A program made the translations under genes and the position numbers. The notes beneath the pieces are model-generated. The model was not told where the DNA came from. It ran no database searches and saw only the letters and a program-made list of their open reading frames with translations. Shown one piece after another: positions 1-13,000 of a DNA stretch of 64,000 bases. Position 1 is the first letter of the stretch, and every line of letters starts with the position of its first letter. Source of the DNA: Macrostomum lignano (taxonomy: Eukaryota); contig NIVC01000380.1 of assembly GCA_002269645.1 (NCBI GenBank), positions 62,001-126,000 of the forward strand, written 5' to 3'.

Positions 1-2391
1 TGCTTATTGATAGAAGCAATTATAAATGAGGACTAACTTTCATTGCATCATAAATTTTCCATAAATTGTTTTATTTTCTTTGAAAACTTCCACACAGGTG
101 AATGCTTTGGTGAAGCCATGAATTGCAATTATTAAACTAGTGTGAAAATGCCTAGCTGTACTCATTGCTAGATGCACATGATATTTAATATCCAGCCATA
201 TTCCCTTTAGCAGCCCTTCACTAATAGTCATGCATCTTCTTGTCCAATGAAATGTATCCAGATCAAATGCCAACCCTACCCCTCCAAGTTTGAAGGAATC
301 AGTGCCTCAAATCTATGTTCCATAAACTTGACTCTTAATTTTCCATTTCTTCTTAAGCCTCAAAGCCTCCTAAAGTCTCAGTACTAAAGCCAAGCACAAT
401 ATGCTTCTGACTGCTCAAGCACCCCTACTTTTTCTAAAGACATGCCATATGTTGCCCCATCCTTAATTCTCTCCCTTTATGAGCCACAAGCCTACAACCC
501 CTAACACTCTTGACTCTTCAAATGTAACTTCTTAGTCCTTAGTTTTCTAATTCTTTTCTTCATTTATGAGCCTTATTGAGCCACCACAGTAAATTGACAA
601 ATCGGTATTTAGATTATAGACTTTCCAATTCTGGTTTAAATAGAATATTTGTCCAATCTCTATAATATACTCTATATACTTCATATTAACATTGTTATAC
701 ATATGGAACAATATACTAAATGTACATAATATTGAATTTCATATTTTTCATTGTAGTTAATTATAAAGTTTCAAAAATATTTACCTTTGCTTTAGAGTCC
801 AGAGTTCCCTTTTAGCACACCAGGCTTTAATTATTAGAAAAGATCATGCAAAAACATTGGTATATTTTAAAATGTATTTTTATATTTCTAAATAACAAAA
901 AAGTAGTCTAAAAATATCATATTTTTTTATATTATTATTGTTGCCAGTAAGATTTCAGTTTTTTTAATTAGAATCATGAAAAATTTCATGAGTTGAACAT
1001 AAAAAATTGCATCATTTGTTTGAATTAAAATGACTTAACCAAATAGGCCCAACCCAAATGAAAAATGTTAACAAAGCAGTGAAAAACTAAAAAGCTTAAA
1101 GTCAAACATAAAGGAAATATCATATTAAATATTTTCAAAAACATCATATTAGACAACAAAACTTAAAAGAAGTATCATGTTGAAAATAAAATATTTTTGT
1201 AAATTTTAAAGATGTCAAGGCTTGAGGGGAATTATTATAATGCTATAACTTTTGGAGAAAATAGATAAGATATCAAAGCTTATATTATATTATATTATAA
1301 GTTATAAAGGGAAGTGCTAATATCAAAGCTCAGGAATAAATTTTTAAAATAAAATATCAAGACTTAATAGCTTAGCCTTAGGCCTATATTATAAAGAGAA
1401 TTGCTAAGATTTCAAGGCTTTTAGAGAGAATTTCAAGATGTCAAGGCTTATTATAAAGGAAATGGAAATTGCTTAAAGATATTTTGGCTATATTATTATT
1501 GTATATTGTATATTGTAGAATTTTTATCTATAGCCATAGGCCTACACAATAGACAATAGAAAAAAGGTAGAACTGAAATATTAGGCACAAAGTTTGTTGA
1601 ATAAAAATGTTACATCAAAAATGGTAATACAATTACAAAGCCAAAGGTTAAAGTTTTAGAAAAAATTACCATACAGCCTTAAAATGAGATAGAATATATT
1701 CTATAGCCATAGCATAGGCTCTACCTAATAAGTAATACTCTGTAAGGGGATCACATTAAGACTGTCTACAGTCTACATAAAGCCGGATTTGGTTTATTAC
1801 TTAGAAGTTTAAGTAAAACAAGCAAGCTAGACGCGTATGGAAAACAACATATGGAGGTTATTATACTGTAAAGATTAATGAAGTACCACATGAACGAAAC
1901 ATCGGAAAACCCAAACAAAAAAGCTTAAGCACGAGAAGAATGCGTGGCATTTGACCTTGATACGAAATAAAAACCCGGAGTATTACCAAATATTAAAACA
2001 AGATATTTTACAAAATGGTAGTAATTTTTCAATTTTGTCTTGTATATGTTACATTTTTTGCACCTAAACCCCGTGCTTTAAAAATTTGCATATTTTACTA
2101 AAACTATCTAGTATGTTGATTGCATAGTCAACATTTTTGACTCGCAAAATTTAACATATTTTATTTAGGTTTTTTAGTTTTTAGTACGAGACCCAGTTTT
2201 AGGAAATTCTCGATACCAAGACAATTCAACTGTGAATAATTTGAATAAAGGAGATGTATTTTAACCTTATTTTAAATAAGGGAAAGCAGACAAGAATATG
2301 TGGCAAGCGGATAGAAATAATATAGATAAGGGCAAATATATAATGATTACGGCTCGTATTACTTTAATATCTACGGGAAACGCCACACTTA

Positions 2392-2770
2392 GAGACACGG
2401 CGGCCGAGACTATTATCCAAAAACTTATAGAAACAGCGGCTGTGTCTCTAATAGTGATTAGATCCATACTTATAGACACGGCGGCTGTGTCCGTACAATA
2501 TATATATATATAGAATATGCGTCTCACACTGGAGACCGTGGCCGTGTCAATGAAGTCTGCACGGTGCCAGCGGCCGTGTCATTAATATTAAATATAATAT
2601 GTAAAGACACAGAGGGTGGCCGTGTCCCTAATATAGAATCCATTCAACACTGGAGACGGAGGCGGTCTCTTATTTTATTGCCAAAATTTAAAGCAACGGT
2701 ACCATGTGTGCTCACTGCTTACACGTTCGTGCCTAAAAGCTCCAATATTATAGACACGGCCGCCGTTTCT
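2392..2770. repeat. Array of ~8 imperfect palindromes AGACACGGC(G)GCCGTGTCT separated by AT-rich spacers
   Basis: Copies near 2392, 2429, 2474, 2532, 2560, 2605, 2653 and 2752. Confidence 0.75.
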
Positions 2771-3399
2771 ATAAGTGCCCGAAAGGGAAAATATGGATAT
2801 TTAGTGTTTCTTAAGGATAATGAGAGATTGTAACTTTCGCTTGTATGCATTTAATGGTAAATAACTCTTCATGTTACAGGCTAATCAAACCTGAGTAATT
2901 ACTCACCAAGTCACTGAGTAGAAAATTCTTGGTTTTTGCTAGCTAAAAAAATTACGATAAAGTAAAGTCTTAGTTATATAGCCCCCAGTTATATATTGCA
3001 CTTTTAGATTATTCATTTGTAGTTTTAATAGCCATGTAATTTAGTTTATTGAACATCGATTTTGAAATTTAAAATTTAAAATTTAAAACGCTTCCCTTTA
3101 CTTTTAAAACATATTTAGTTGATATGACAATACTCAAGCATGCAGTTTATGTATAGACTAAACTTTTTAGTAAAATAACAGTAATTGAATCAAAGGGAAA
3201 TAAATAAAATTAGTTTATATAATTTTCAATGATATGTATGGTCGAATCTGCACCATTTACTTTGGATATCGGAAGCTTGCAAGCTCCAAAAACACAACTG
3301 TATCTTAAGTATTAAGCAGCTTTTGCATTTCTATGAATTAAACTGTCATATCAATAATAGTAAAATATTTGAGTTTTTAATTTAAAACTTGCAGGTCAA

Positions 3400-5156
3400 A
3401 TGCTTGCAAAAGGCCACTTTATCGTCATCCTACTAGCTAAGCTGTTTAGCTTCGTCACTAATTGTTCTGCCATCAGCGCAGCCCCAGCAACCAGTTGGTG
3501 TCCGTGGTCATCATGGAGTTGTCATGTCATCTCGGATAGCTCCACTGACTGTCTTCTTCTTAGACGTCGCAGCTGCTGCGGCCAACAGCTGTCACTGCGA
3601 GGTGCCCAGCTGGCCTGGTGTGACGGTAGCAGTGCGGAAGCTGCATCAGGCCGAATTTCAAACGGCATCTGGTGCAGCTTCATCAGTTCTACCGAGGTAG
3701 ATCTGTGGCCAGAGCAGCGATTCGGTTGTAAAGTCCGGCTAAACAGGTTGGTGGATTTGGAACATTTTTTTGCTAAATTAATATTGCTGATCTTTTAAGT
3801 AATAGTCCTACAAAAAAGTGCATTGAGTTGCATGATAATTAGCTGTTAAATAATATTTTAGGATAAAATTTTGCAGGCGCAGATCTAAAATTGATTTATT
3901 GTATAAAAATTTACTTTTAAATTTGTGTCGAATCAGTTGCCGCCAAGATTATTAATCTACAAAAAACAATTCATAGTAGCTTACAGTGCAGATATCTCAA
4001 CTTCGCAAGAAAAAGCAGCTTTCATATGCCCCATGACTTCTTGAACATATTGGTTGGAACCCCTGTGCAACCCACGTACAGCACTGGCAGCAGAATTGCT
4101 TCAGCGCTGGTTGTCGGACAATGTCGCTGAAGACATTGCGCTGGGGTGCCCGAATATTGATATGTATTGTCCATGTAGCTCGTACTTTTAAACTCTTGGG
4201 CATCTCCCAACCAACTCTTTCATCCCAGTTCCAAGAAGCATCTGCAGTTTAAAAAGCCCGAGAACTACACGTCTCCGTCTGGATTGCAACAGACTCGAGT
4301 GGCAGGCCAAGAGTGCAACTGCACCGTTGACAACGGGAGTGAGGCGTCAACAACAACAACTGCAGTCAATCACCGGCTGAAGAAAAGACGACCGCCAGTA
4401 ACAGCGGTAGCCTTGGACCTGCTTATAGCTAGCGGATGCGCCAGCGTTGCAATTATTGGCGTAGGCGTTTGGTGCGTCGCCAGGTTTCGCCGAGTTCAGC
4501 TGCGAACGGAGAGACGGCGGATGACGGGTAGTAGCAGACGGCCTGGCATGGCGTGAGTGCCCTTTATTCGCCTGATAGTTGCTATGGGCTTGCTGTGAGG
4601 CTGCATAGTTTTATGCGGTGTTGCTATGCGGTAGTAATTTAGTTGCTATGTTGTTGTAATTTAGTTGCTATGCTGTAAATTCTTGGTTGCTATGCGGTAG
4701 TTATTCGGTTGCTATGTAGTTATCAAAGACTTCTAGAACGAAGTGTTCCTAGTGGTCCTTGGTAGTTCTTTGGTTGTTATGTGGTAGTTACTTGGTTGCT
4801 ATACTGCAATTACTGGGTTGCTGTGCGGTAGTTACTTGGTTGCTATGCGGTAGTTACTTGATTGCTATGCGGTAGTTAACATATTTATAACAGCATTTTT
4901 GTTTTTTCAACTGGAAAACTCCAGCAGAACGTCAACAAGATCCTTGGCAAATTTCAACTATCGCACCAACATAGCGATATCAGCGACTCATGACACGCCT
5001 GGCCAGCAATTGATAGCCAATATTGAATGCTACGGCTTTCCTAGGCCGCCACCTTATTCGCTAACGGAGACAGTTGAGATGTGTCGCCTTGACAACAATG
5101 GAATTGACATACCTCCGCCATATACAGAATGCGAACTTCCAGATTACAGAGAATGA
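3400..5156 (+). CDS. Type I membrane protein: signal peptide, TSP1-like Cys/Trp domain, one TM helix, cytoplasmic PPxY/LPxY motifs (3 exons)
   Basis: Exons 3400-3696 (GAG|gtag, phase 0), 4248-4552 (ctgcag|TTT ... GC|gtgagt, phase 2) and 4925-5156 (ctccag|C ... TGA) join in frame. Motifs: WCPWSSWSC...RRRSC (WxxWxxW plus RxRxC, TSP1-like); hydrophobic AVALDLLIASGCASVAIIGVGVWCVA followed by RFRR; tail with PPPY twice and LPDY. The exon 2 acceptor is the least certain boundary. Confidence 0.65.
4570..4880. repeat. Degenerate ~22-bp minisatellite (GTTGCTATGCGGTAGTTACTTG)
   Basis: Tandem units in intron 2 of the TSP1/TM gene. Confidence 0.8.
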
Positions 5157-5165
5157 GATTTTACC

Positions 5166-5420
5166 GAACAGTGCCCCCTAGAACAGTGCCCCCTAGAACA
5201 GTGCCCCCTAGAACAGTGCCCCTAGAACAGTGCCTCCTAGAACAGTGCCCCCTAGAACAGTGCCCCCTAGAACAGTGCCCCCTAGAACAGTGCCCCCTAG
5301 AACAGTGCCCCCCTAGAACAGTGCCCCCTAGAACAGTGTCTCCTAGAATAGTGCCTCATAGAACAGTGCCCATAGAACAATGCCCATAGAACAGTGCCCC
5401 CTAAACAGTGCCCCCTAAAC
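5166..5420. repeat. 15-bp minisatellite (AGAACAGTGCCCCCT)
   Basis: Begins ~10 nt after the stop codon at 5156. Confidence 0.9.
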
Positions 5421-6059
5421 GTACAGAGCCCCATTAAACAACTCGTAATGAAGAGCTGCCCTAGCTTTCAACTTGATTCTGATTTTATCTCCACATACTT
5501 AGCAAATTTAGACATATAAAATTATGATCTCAGACAGGCATTAAGATGTATGTGTGATGTTATCTTTTTTGCTCTAAAATGACCCACTGTGACTGCTAAA
5601 TTGTATTGCATTTCGGCATAACTTATTGGTACTTAGTCTTTTTAGTAAGTATTACTTATTGTCATATAAAAGTATTCAGGTGCTTGACTATAGGTATGCG
5701 CTTTTTAGGATTGTGCGATTCTAGCTTTTTTCGAATTTGATGTTCGTTGTACACAGCATGTGTGCTCCCTAACAGCGGTGATATTTTGTACATGCAATGT
5801 TTAGACAATAACACGTTGCTCAATACGATTTTAATGAGTCAATTTAAGATCGTAACTTTTTTACATACGAGCGTATCTGTTACCAAGAAATCTCAATGCT
5901 ATGAAATTTTTCCTCAGATTTTACTCAGTATTCAAATTTTATCTATCGCTTTTTATTAGCTGTTTGAGTTGTTTGTATCAAGCTAGTTAAAATAGTTTAA
6001 AATGCAAAAAGCGTTTTTTTTAATTGTTGTTCGATCTATTACGAAACCCATTTTCCCCT

Positions 6060-6890
6060 CAACCTCCGCTGTGTGTCTAATTGTGGATCGCCGCTGCCCC
6101 TCAGCCCCCCACAACCCCCGCTGTGTGTCTAATTGTGGATCGCCGCTGCCCCTCAGCCCCCCACAACCCCCGCTGTGTGTCTAATTGTGGATCGCCGCTG
6201 CCCCTCAGCCCCCCACAACCCCCGCTGTGTGTCTAATAGTGGATCGCCGGTGGCCCAGCCCCCCCACTCACCCCCCCACTGTGTGTCTAATTGTGGATCG
6301 CCGGTGGCCCAGCCCCCCACTCACCCCCCACTGTGTGTCTAATTGTGGATCGCCGGTGGCCCAGCACCCCTCTCAACCCCCGCTGTGTGTCTAATTGTGG
6401 ATCGCCGCTGCCCCTCAGCCCCCTCAACCCCCGCTGTGTGTCTAATTGTGGATCGCCGCTGCCTCTCAGCCCTCCACAACCCCCGCTGTGTGTCTAATTG
6501 TGGATCGCCGCTGCCCCTCAGCCCCCTCAACCCCCGCTGTGTTTCTAATTGTGGATCGCCGCTGCCCCTCAGCCCCCCACAACCCCCGCTGTGTGTCTAA
6601 TTGTGGATCGCCGCTGCCCCTCAGCCCCCCACAACCCCCGCTGTGTGTCTAATTGTGGATCGCCGCTGCCCCTCAGCCCCCCACAACCCCCGCTGTGTGT
6701 CTAATTTTGGATCGCCGCTGCCCCTCAGCCCCCTCAACCCCCGCTGTGTTTCTAATTGTGGATCGCCGCTGCCCCTCAGCCCCCCCACTCAACCCCCCCC
6801 ACTGTGTGTCTAATTGTGGATCGCCGGTGGCCCAGCCCCCCCTCTCAACCCCCGCTGTGTGTCTAATTGTGGATCGCCGCTGGCCCTTAT
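6060..6890. repeat. ~52-bp minisatellite (CCCCCGCTGTGTGTCTAATTGTGGATCGCCGCTGCCCCTCAGCCCCCCACAA)
   Basis: About 16 units ending ~160 bp upstream of the JHY-like ATG. Confidence 0.95.
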
Positions 6891-7050
6891 AGACCCTACC
6901 AAATTGTAAAGTTGTAAAGAAGCATTATATCTTACCTTACTTAAACGATTACTAAAACCATTTCAGATAAATCTCTCTACAAAACTAACTCCAAATTATA
7001 ACAAAGCAATAAAATTGAAATAATAGCTTTTTAATTCTTGGAAATAAAGA

Positions 7051-10000
7051 ATGAGCAGCCATTTGGTGGCTGGGGCAGCAGCCGGCGTTTACACACCGCG
7101 TGATTCACTCGACGAAGAGTACAACGATGAAGGAGAAGTTTATGACGATGTCGAGGATCCCGGCGAGGCTGATGAGGAGTACTACGATGAGGAATCGGAA
7201 AACTGGCAGCAGCAGCTGCTCCAACAGAAAGTCTACGTGGATTATCCGCACGAAAAAGAAGACGACAATGAGTACAGATTTGTGAGCAGTCGAATTGGCG
7301 ATGACTTTGATGACGATGAGAATGTCGGTGGAGCATACGGATTAGGGGATGCTGGGATCGCACATCTGCCTCATCAGAAGAGCCTACCGCAGCGGCAGCG
7401 GCAGCAGCAACATCCTCGCTACCAGGCCATGGATCTGTCACCAACAGGGGAGTTCAGTCATCGCCACGGAGTCGCAGCTGAACCTCTTCCAGTCTACGGT
7501 CTCCAGGACGAGGCCGGAGACCTTCAACAACCGGACGTTGATGAGGCGGCGGCGGCTGACCAAGAGTTGGCTGGGGAGATTCGCTATCAGGCTGAGATGC
7601 AGCGGAGATTAGATCAGATGGCTAATCAGGTATGCGTTTGCTTGTGTACGAGGCTTAAGTCAGTTTAGACAGGTAACATGACCTACATGTACTTTTTACA
7701 AGTAATCTGCCCCTTTAGTAACAGATATCAGTCTGTTTAAAGCAGGTAAATTAACTCTATGGTAACAGATGTCAGTCTCTGTCTCGATATATTAGCCTCT
7801 TAGCAAGACGGAAAATCAATCCCTAGCAACACAAATAAACAAGGCCTTAGCAACAAAAGTATACAGATAATCAATCCCTTAGCAACGAAAGTATACCCCT
7901 AGGTAATCAATCCCTTAGCAACGAAAGTACACAGGTGATCAATCTCTAAGCAACACGAGTATACAGGTAATCAACCTCTAAGCAACACAAGTTTACAGGT
8001 AATCAATCCCTAAGCAATATGGGTTATCAATTCCTTAGCAACACAAGTACACAGGTAATCAATCTCTTAGCAACGAAAGTATACAGATAATCAATCCTTT
8101 AGCAACACAAGTACATAGGTAAGGAAACATTTGGGAACACGGGTAACCAACCAATCCAAGGAATAAGTTCGAGTACGTTTTCCCACACCTGTAGCTCGTG
8201 AATGAATTAGATGACGAAAAACAATCCTCACTTAGGTGGCCAAGCTTGACAAGCAGAGCGTCGGGCCCATCAGCGGCGCCAAAGCGAGCGGCGGCGGCGG
8301 CGGCAGTGTCCCGCGCTTGGATCTGCTGCACATGGAGGAGGCCACAGCCTCTCAGCAGCATCTCTATCGCGACTCCCTCGACATCGACCTGCGCGACAAC
8401 GACACCGAAGAGACTGACGACGATGAAGCTGATCAGCATCATCCGAAGCCTCATCAACATCAGCATCAGCATTCATCGAAGCAGCAGCCGCAAGATCTTT
8501 CATCGAATCGTCGAGCCGAAATTGATCACGTGACCCGGCTGAGTCGCCAGCTCGGTGGCTTACAAATCGAGCCGGATTATTACGACAGCGGCAGGAACCC
8601 GCCCAGCGAGTCGATTGCCACCGACACCACGGGAAGGTCGGCCGCCGCCGCCGCCGCCGCCAACGCGATGCCAACGGCTGAGGATTTGGAGTTTCTACGA
8701 AAGCTGAAACGCGACATGGTCTACGGTGGTCAGGCCGGGCCGCACCAGCAGCTGATGAGGAATGAAGGTTCACCGATTCAACCGGATTCATTGAGGCAGC
8801 CGCTGCCGCAGGTGAGGGAGATGAGTAGATATAGACGAAGTATTATACGGTGCACGAAATCCTTGAACTGAGAATTTTTTATAGATATTAACCTACTTCT
8901 ACGGATCGCAATCTCAGTCTTCTCTAAATCTCAAGTCTTCCTTTCCTAGATCTCAAGTCTACCTTTTCATTGATCTCAAGTCTACATAGAGATCTCAGTC
9001 TACCCATAGATCCCAAGTCTACCTTTCATAGATCTCAGTCTACCTTTCATAGATCTCAATTCTACCTCTCATAGATCTCAATTCTACCTCTCATAAATCT
9101 CAATTCTACCTCTCATAAATCTCGAGTCTACCTTTTATTAGATCTCTATACGATTCCGGAGACTCCAAGCTGACTTCTGCACATAAATCTCATACTACGA
9201 GCTTATTCATGTTGACTTTAGTTTTAGGCTATTGATTACTAGGGGTGTTCGGGGTTCGGGGTTAGGGGTCGGGGTTCGGGGTCCCGATGAATGTTCGGGA
9301 CGGGGTTCGGGATTCCTGAAAGATGTTCGGGATCGGGGTTAACCCCGAACCCCGAAAAAAATGCCATCCCGAACACCCCTATTGATTACTAATCTATGGA
9401 CATAATATATTTTGATTAATTCCTCCAGGTTCAGCAGCAGCAACCCATCAACAAGCAGAGCCTTGTAAAACAGAGACCAGCTGTCCAGCAGAAACAGCCG
9501 CAGCCTCCCAGCCAACCGTTGGACAAAGACTTTGTCGAAGAGAACAAGAAGCTACCAACCAACAGGCTGCCAACCAAATCCTACGGTAAAATCTATCGCG
9601 AGAAACGAGAGAAGCCCAAACAGAAGAAGTATGTTACTATGCAACAGCCGTTGCAACAACAGAAGCAACAGCAGCATCTTGAGGACAGTCTAGAGGTGAC
9701 TCAGCTGGATGATCAGTCGCCTCCGGAGCAGGTGTGGATGTCGCGCATGGCGGCCCTACAATCGGTTGGTAGTGGCGGCTCGCAGCAGAGAAAGTCGCAA
9801 GCGGCGGCCACTTCAAAGCAGACCAGCGCCGATCCGCGACTGCAGAAACTGCAGCAACAGCAGAAGCAGGAGGTACCGGCTGAGAATCAGGTAGAGATGC
9901 AAGTTTCTCTTCCAGCTTCTACGCGGCGCCCAGATCACGTGACATTCTCTATGCTGACAGTTTTGTTGTTGAGTCACGTGATTGTTTAGATACCGCGGCG

Positions 10001-13000
10001 CCCAGATCACGTGACATTCTCTAAGCTGACAGTTTTGTTGTTGAGTCACGTGATTGTTTAGATACCGCGGCGCCCAGATCACGTGACGTTCTCTAAGCTG
10101 ACAGTTTTGTTGTTGAGTCACGTGATTGTTTAGATACCGCGGCGCCCAGATCACGTGACATTCTCTAAGCTGACAGTTTTGTTGTTGAGTCACGTGATTG
10201 TTTAGATACCGCGGCGCCCAGATCACGTGACATTCTCTAAGCTGACAGTTTTTTTGTTGAGTCACGTGATTGTTTAGATACCGCGGCGCCCAGATCACGT
10301 GACATTCTCTAAGCTGACAGTTTTGTTGTTGAGTCACGTGATTGTTTAGATACCGCGGCGCCCAGATCACGTGACATTCTCTAAGCTGGCAGTTTTGTCC
10401 GGTCACGTGGTTGTTTAGATACCGCGGCGCCCAAATCACGTGACATTCTCTAAGCTGACAGTTTTGTCCGGTCACGTGATTGTTTAGATACCGCGGCGCC
10501 CAGATCACGTGACATTCTCTAAGCTGACAGTTTTGTTGTTGGGTCACGTGATTGTTTAGATACCGCGGCGCCCAGATCACATGACATTCTCTAAGCCGAC
10601 AGTTTTGTTAGGTCACGTGATTGTTTAGATGCCGCGGCGCCCAGATCACGTGACATTCTCTAAGCTGACAATTTTGTTGGGTCACGTGATTGTTTAGATG
10701 CCGCGGCGCCCAGATCACGTGACATTCTCTAAGCTGACAGTTTTGTTGTTGAGTCACGTGATTGTTTAGATACCGCGGCGCCCAGATCACGTGACATTCT
10801 CTAAGCCGACAGTTTTGTTAGGTCACGTGATTGTTTAGATGCCGTGGCGGCCAGATCACGTGACTGAATAGCTACGCTACACGTACATGACTTAAAATCG
10901 CGCCTGTCCTGTAAAGTCATACCAGTTGGCACTAAGAAATTGAAAACCCCGTCTGCGCATTTTTCAACCCCAGCGCCACTCGGTTCCTGCCGACCGGATG
11001 CTGCACGGAGCAGACGCGGCGACACTGGCCAGAGCCGAGGCCTATTGGCCTTATCAGCAGGCGCATTACGTCACAGCCTACGATATCAATGGCCAGCCTG
11101 TCACCGTGCCAGTGGCCGGGCCGCCGCCAGCTCCGCCGCCGCCACCGCCTCAGGCATTCGTGTATCCCTACCAGCCTTATCCGGTATACGGCGTGCCGCC
11201 AGTGCAGATGCCTCCGCAGCCGCAGCAGCAGCAGCACACGATGCCGCAGGTAGCTAATATCTTTGTTATCAAAGTATTAGTATTTTATCAGCAAAACCAG
11301 TCACTGTTCATTATTTTATAGCTGCTTTATTACATAATTTCTCCGCGCTCTGACTTTACAATTTAATTACCGATGGATTTCTTATCTTCTATTATCTCTC
11401 CGATCTCGCAATAGTTATCAAAATCAACCTATTTTATTATCAGCAACCTGGCCCATTAGATGCCGCAATCTCAATTAATCTCAATTATCTCAATTAATAA
11501 TAATAGTGCTCAAATAATAGGGCCCACCTCACTGTCGCGCACCTATATGAGCATATATTCGCTCGTATTTAAGCTAGAACGGGGAGGGGTGGGTGCACTC
11601 ACCCCAGACATGTACGCGGTAACAACTAACCCCCCCCCCCTCAGACAGTGGTTGCTCGTGCACCCTTCAACAAGTAACAAGTCGACTACTACAATTGTGT
11701 TTTAGTTCTTGCAATCACAACTTAGTACAGCATCCATTGACGGTACACTCAAAAGCACACTCAACAGCACACTTAACAGCACAATCAACAGCACACTCAA
11801 CAGCACACTTAACAGCACAATCAACAGCACACCTAACAGCACACTTAACAGCACACTCAACAGCACACTCAACAGCACACTCAACAGCACACTTAACAGC
11901 ACACTCAACAGCACACTCAACAGCACACTTAACAGCACACTCAACAGCACACTCAACAGCACACTTAACAGCACACTCAACAGCACACTCAACAGCACAC
12001 TTAACAGCACACTCAACAGCACACTCAACAGCACACTCAACAGCACACTCAACAGTCCTTGGCATGTACGATACTTTTTGCTAGCCGCACAGGGCATGCA
12101 GCTTTCTCACTATCTGGGAATACTAACGGTAATATATACAAACTTACGTGCTGTTTTACTTTCCACAAACAGCAGCAACAGCCGCAGCAGCAGCAGCAGC
12201 AGCAGCAGATCTCGTATCGCCAGTCGCCCAAACACGGACAAGCTGGTCTCAGCCAATCCTTCGATGCCGCCGCGGCAGCCGCGGCTTCTCCCCGCGTGGT
12301 GATTGACGAGTCCACTCTGAACCGGCAGTTCAAGTACACGGGCACTCGGCTGGCCGGCTCCATGTCGCGCTCGCCGCCGGGAAAGTACAATCAACCGCTG
12401 CCGCCGATCTCCGGACCCGGGGCTGGAGCTAAGAAAATTGACAGCAGAGAATTGGACAAGGTGATTTTGAAGGCTCGTGTTAGTTGCCCGATCGCACTTC
12501 AATTTGCTGTTGATTGAACTGTTATTAAAACCTGTAGCTTTATTTCTAATTGATGAAAATATCTATGACAATCATGCTCTCTCCAGTTCAAATTCATTTT
12601 AATCCGCTCCATCCTATTTTAAATCAACCCACTCCAATTTAATCCCATCCACTCCAATTTAATCCCATCCACTCCAATTTAATCCCATCCTCTCCAATTT
12701 AATCCCATCCTCTCCAATTTAATCCCATCCACTCCAATTTAATCCCATCCTCTCCAATTTAATACAATCCACTCTACTTAAAGCTACGCTCATAATCCGA
12801 TCAACTCCTGTCGAACCCTCTCTAACCCTAATAGCTAATACAATCCAGTTCATTCTAATCCAGTCCAGTTCAAACAATCTACCACGCACACGACTACGAG
12901 CTAATAGTACAAGTACGTAAGAACTACTGGAACACCAACAGCAAAAAATAACACAATTCTGTTAACTGTTAACAACACTACTTGAACACTAAACTTGTGT

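Noticed and set aside
2392-2770. Annotation as a CRISPR array
   Set aside because: Eukaryotic context, no cas genes, degenerate repeats, and irregular, partly related spacers. Kept only as a palindrome array.
3997-4210. Short minus-strand ORFs in intron 1 of the TSP1/TM gene
   Set aside because: Under 70 aa, no motif I can defend.
9813-10790. Minus-strand repetitive ORFs (CHVIWAPRYLNNH...)
   Set aside because: Product of the 72-bp intronic tandem repeat.
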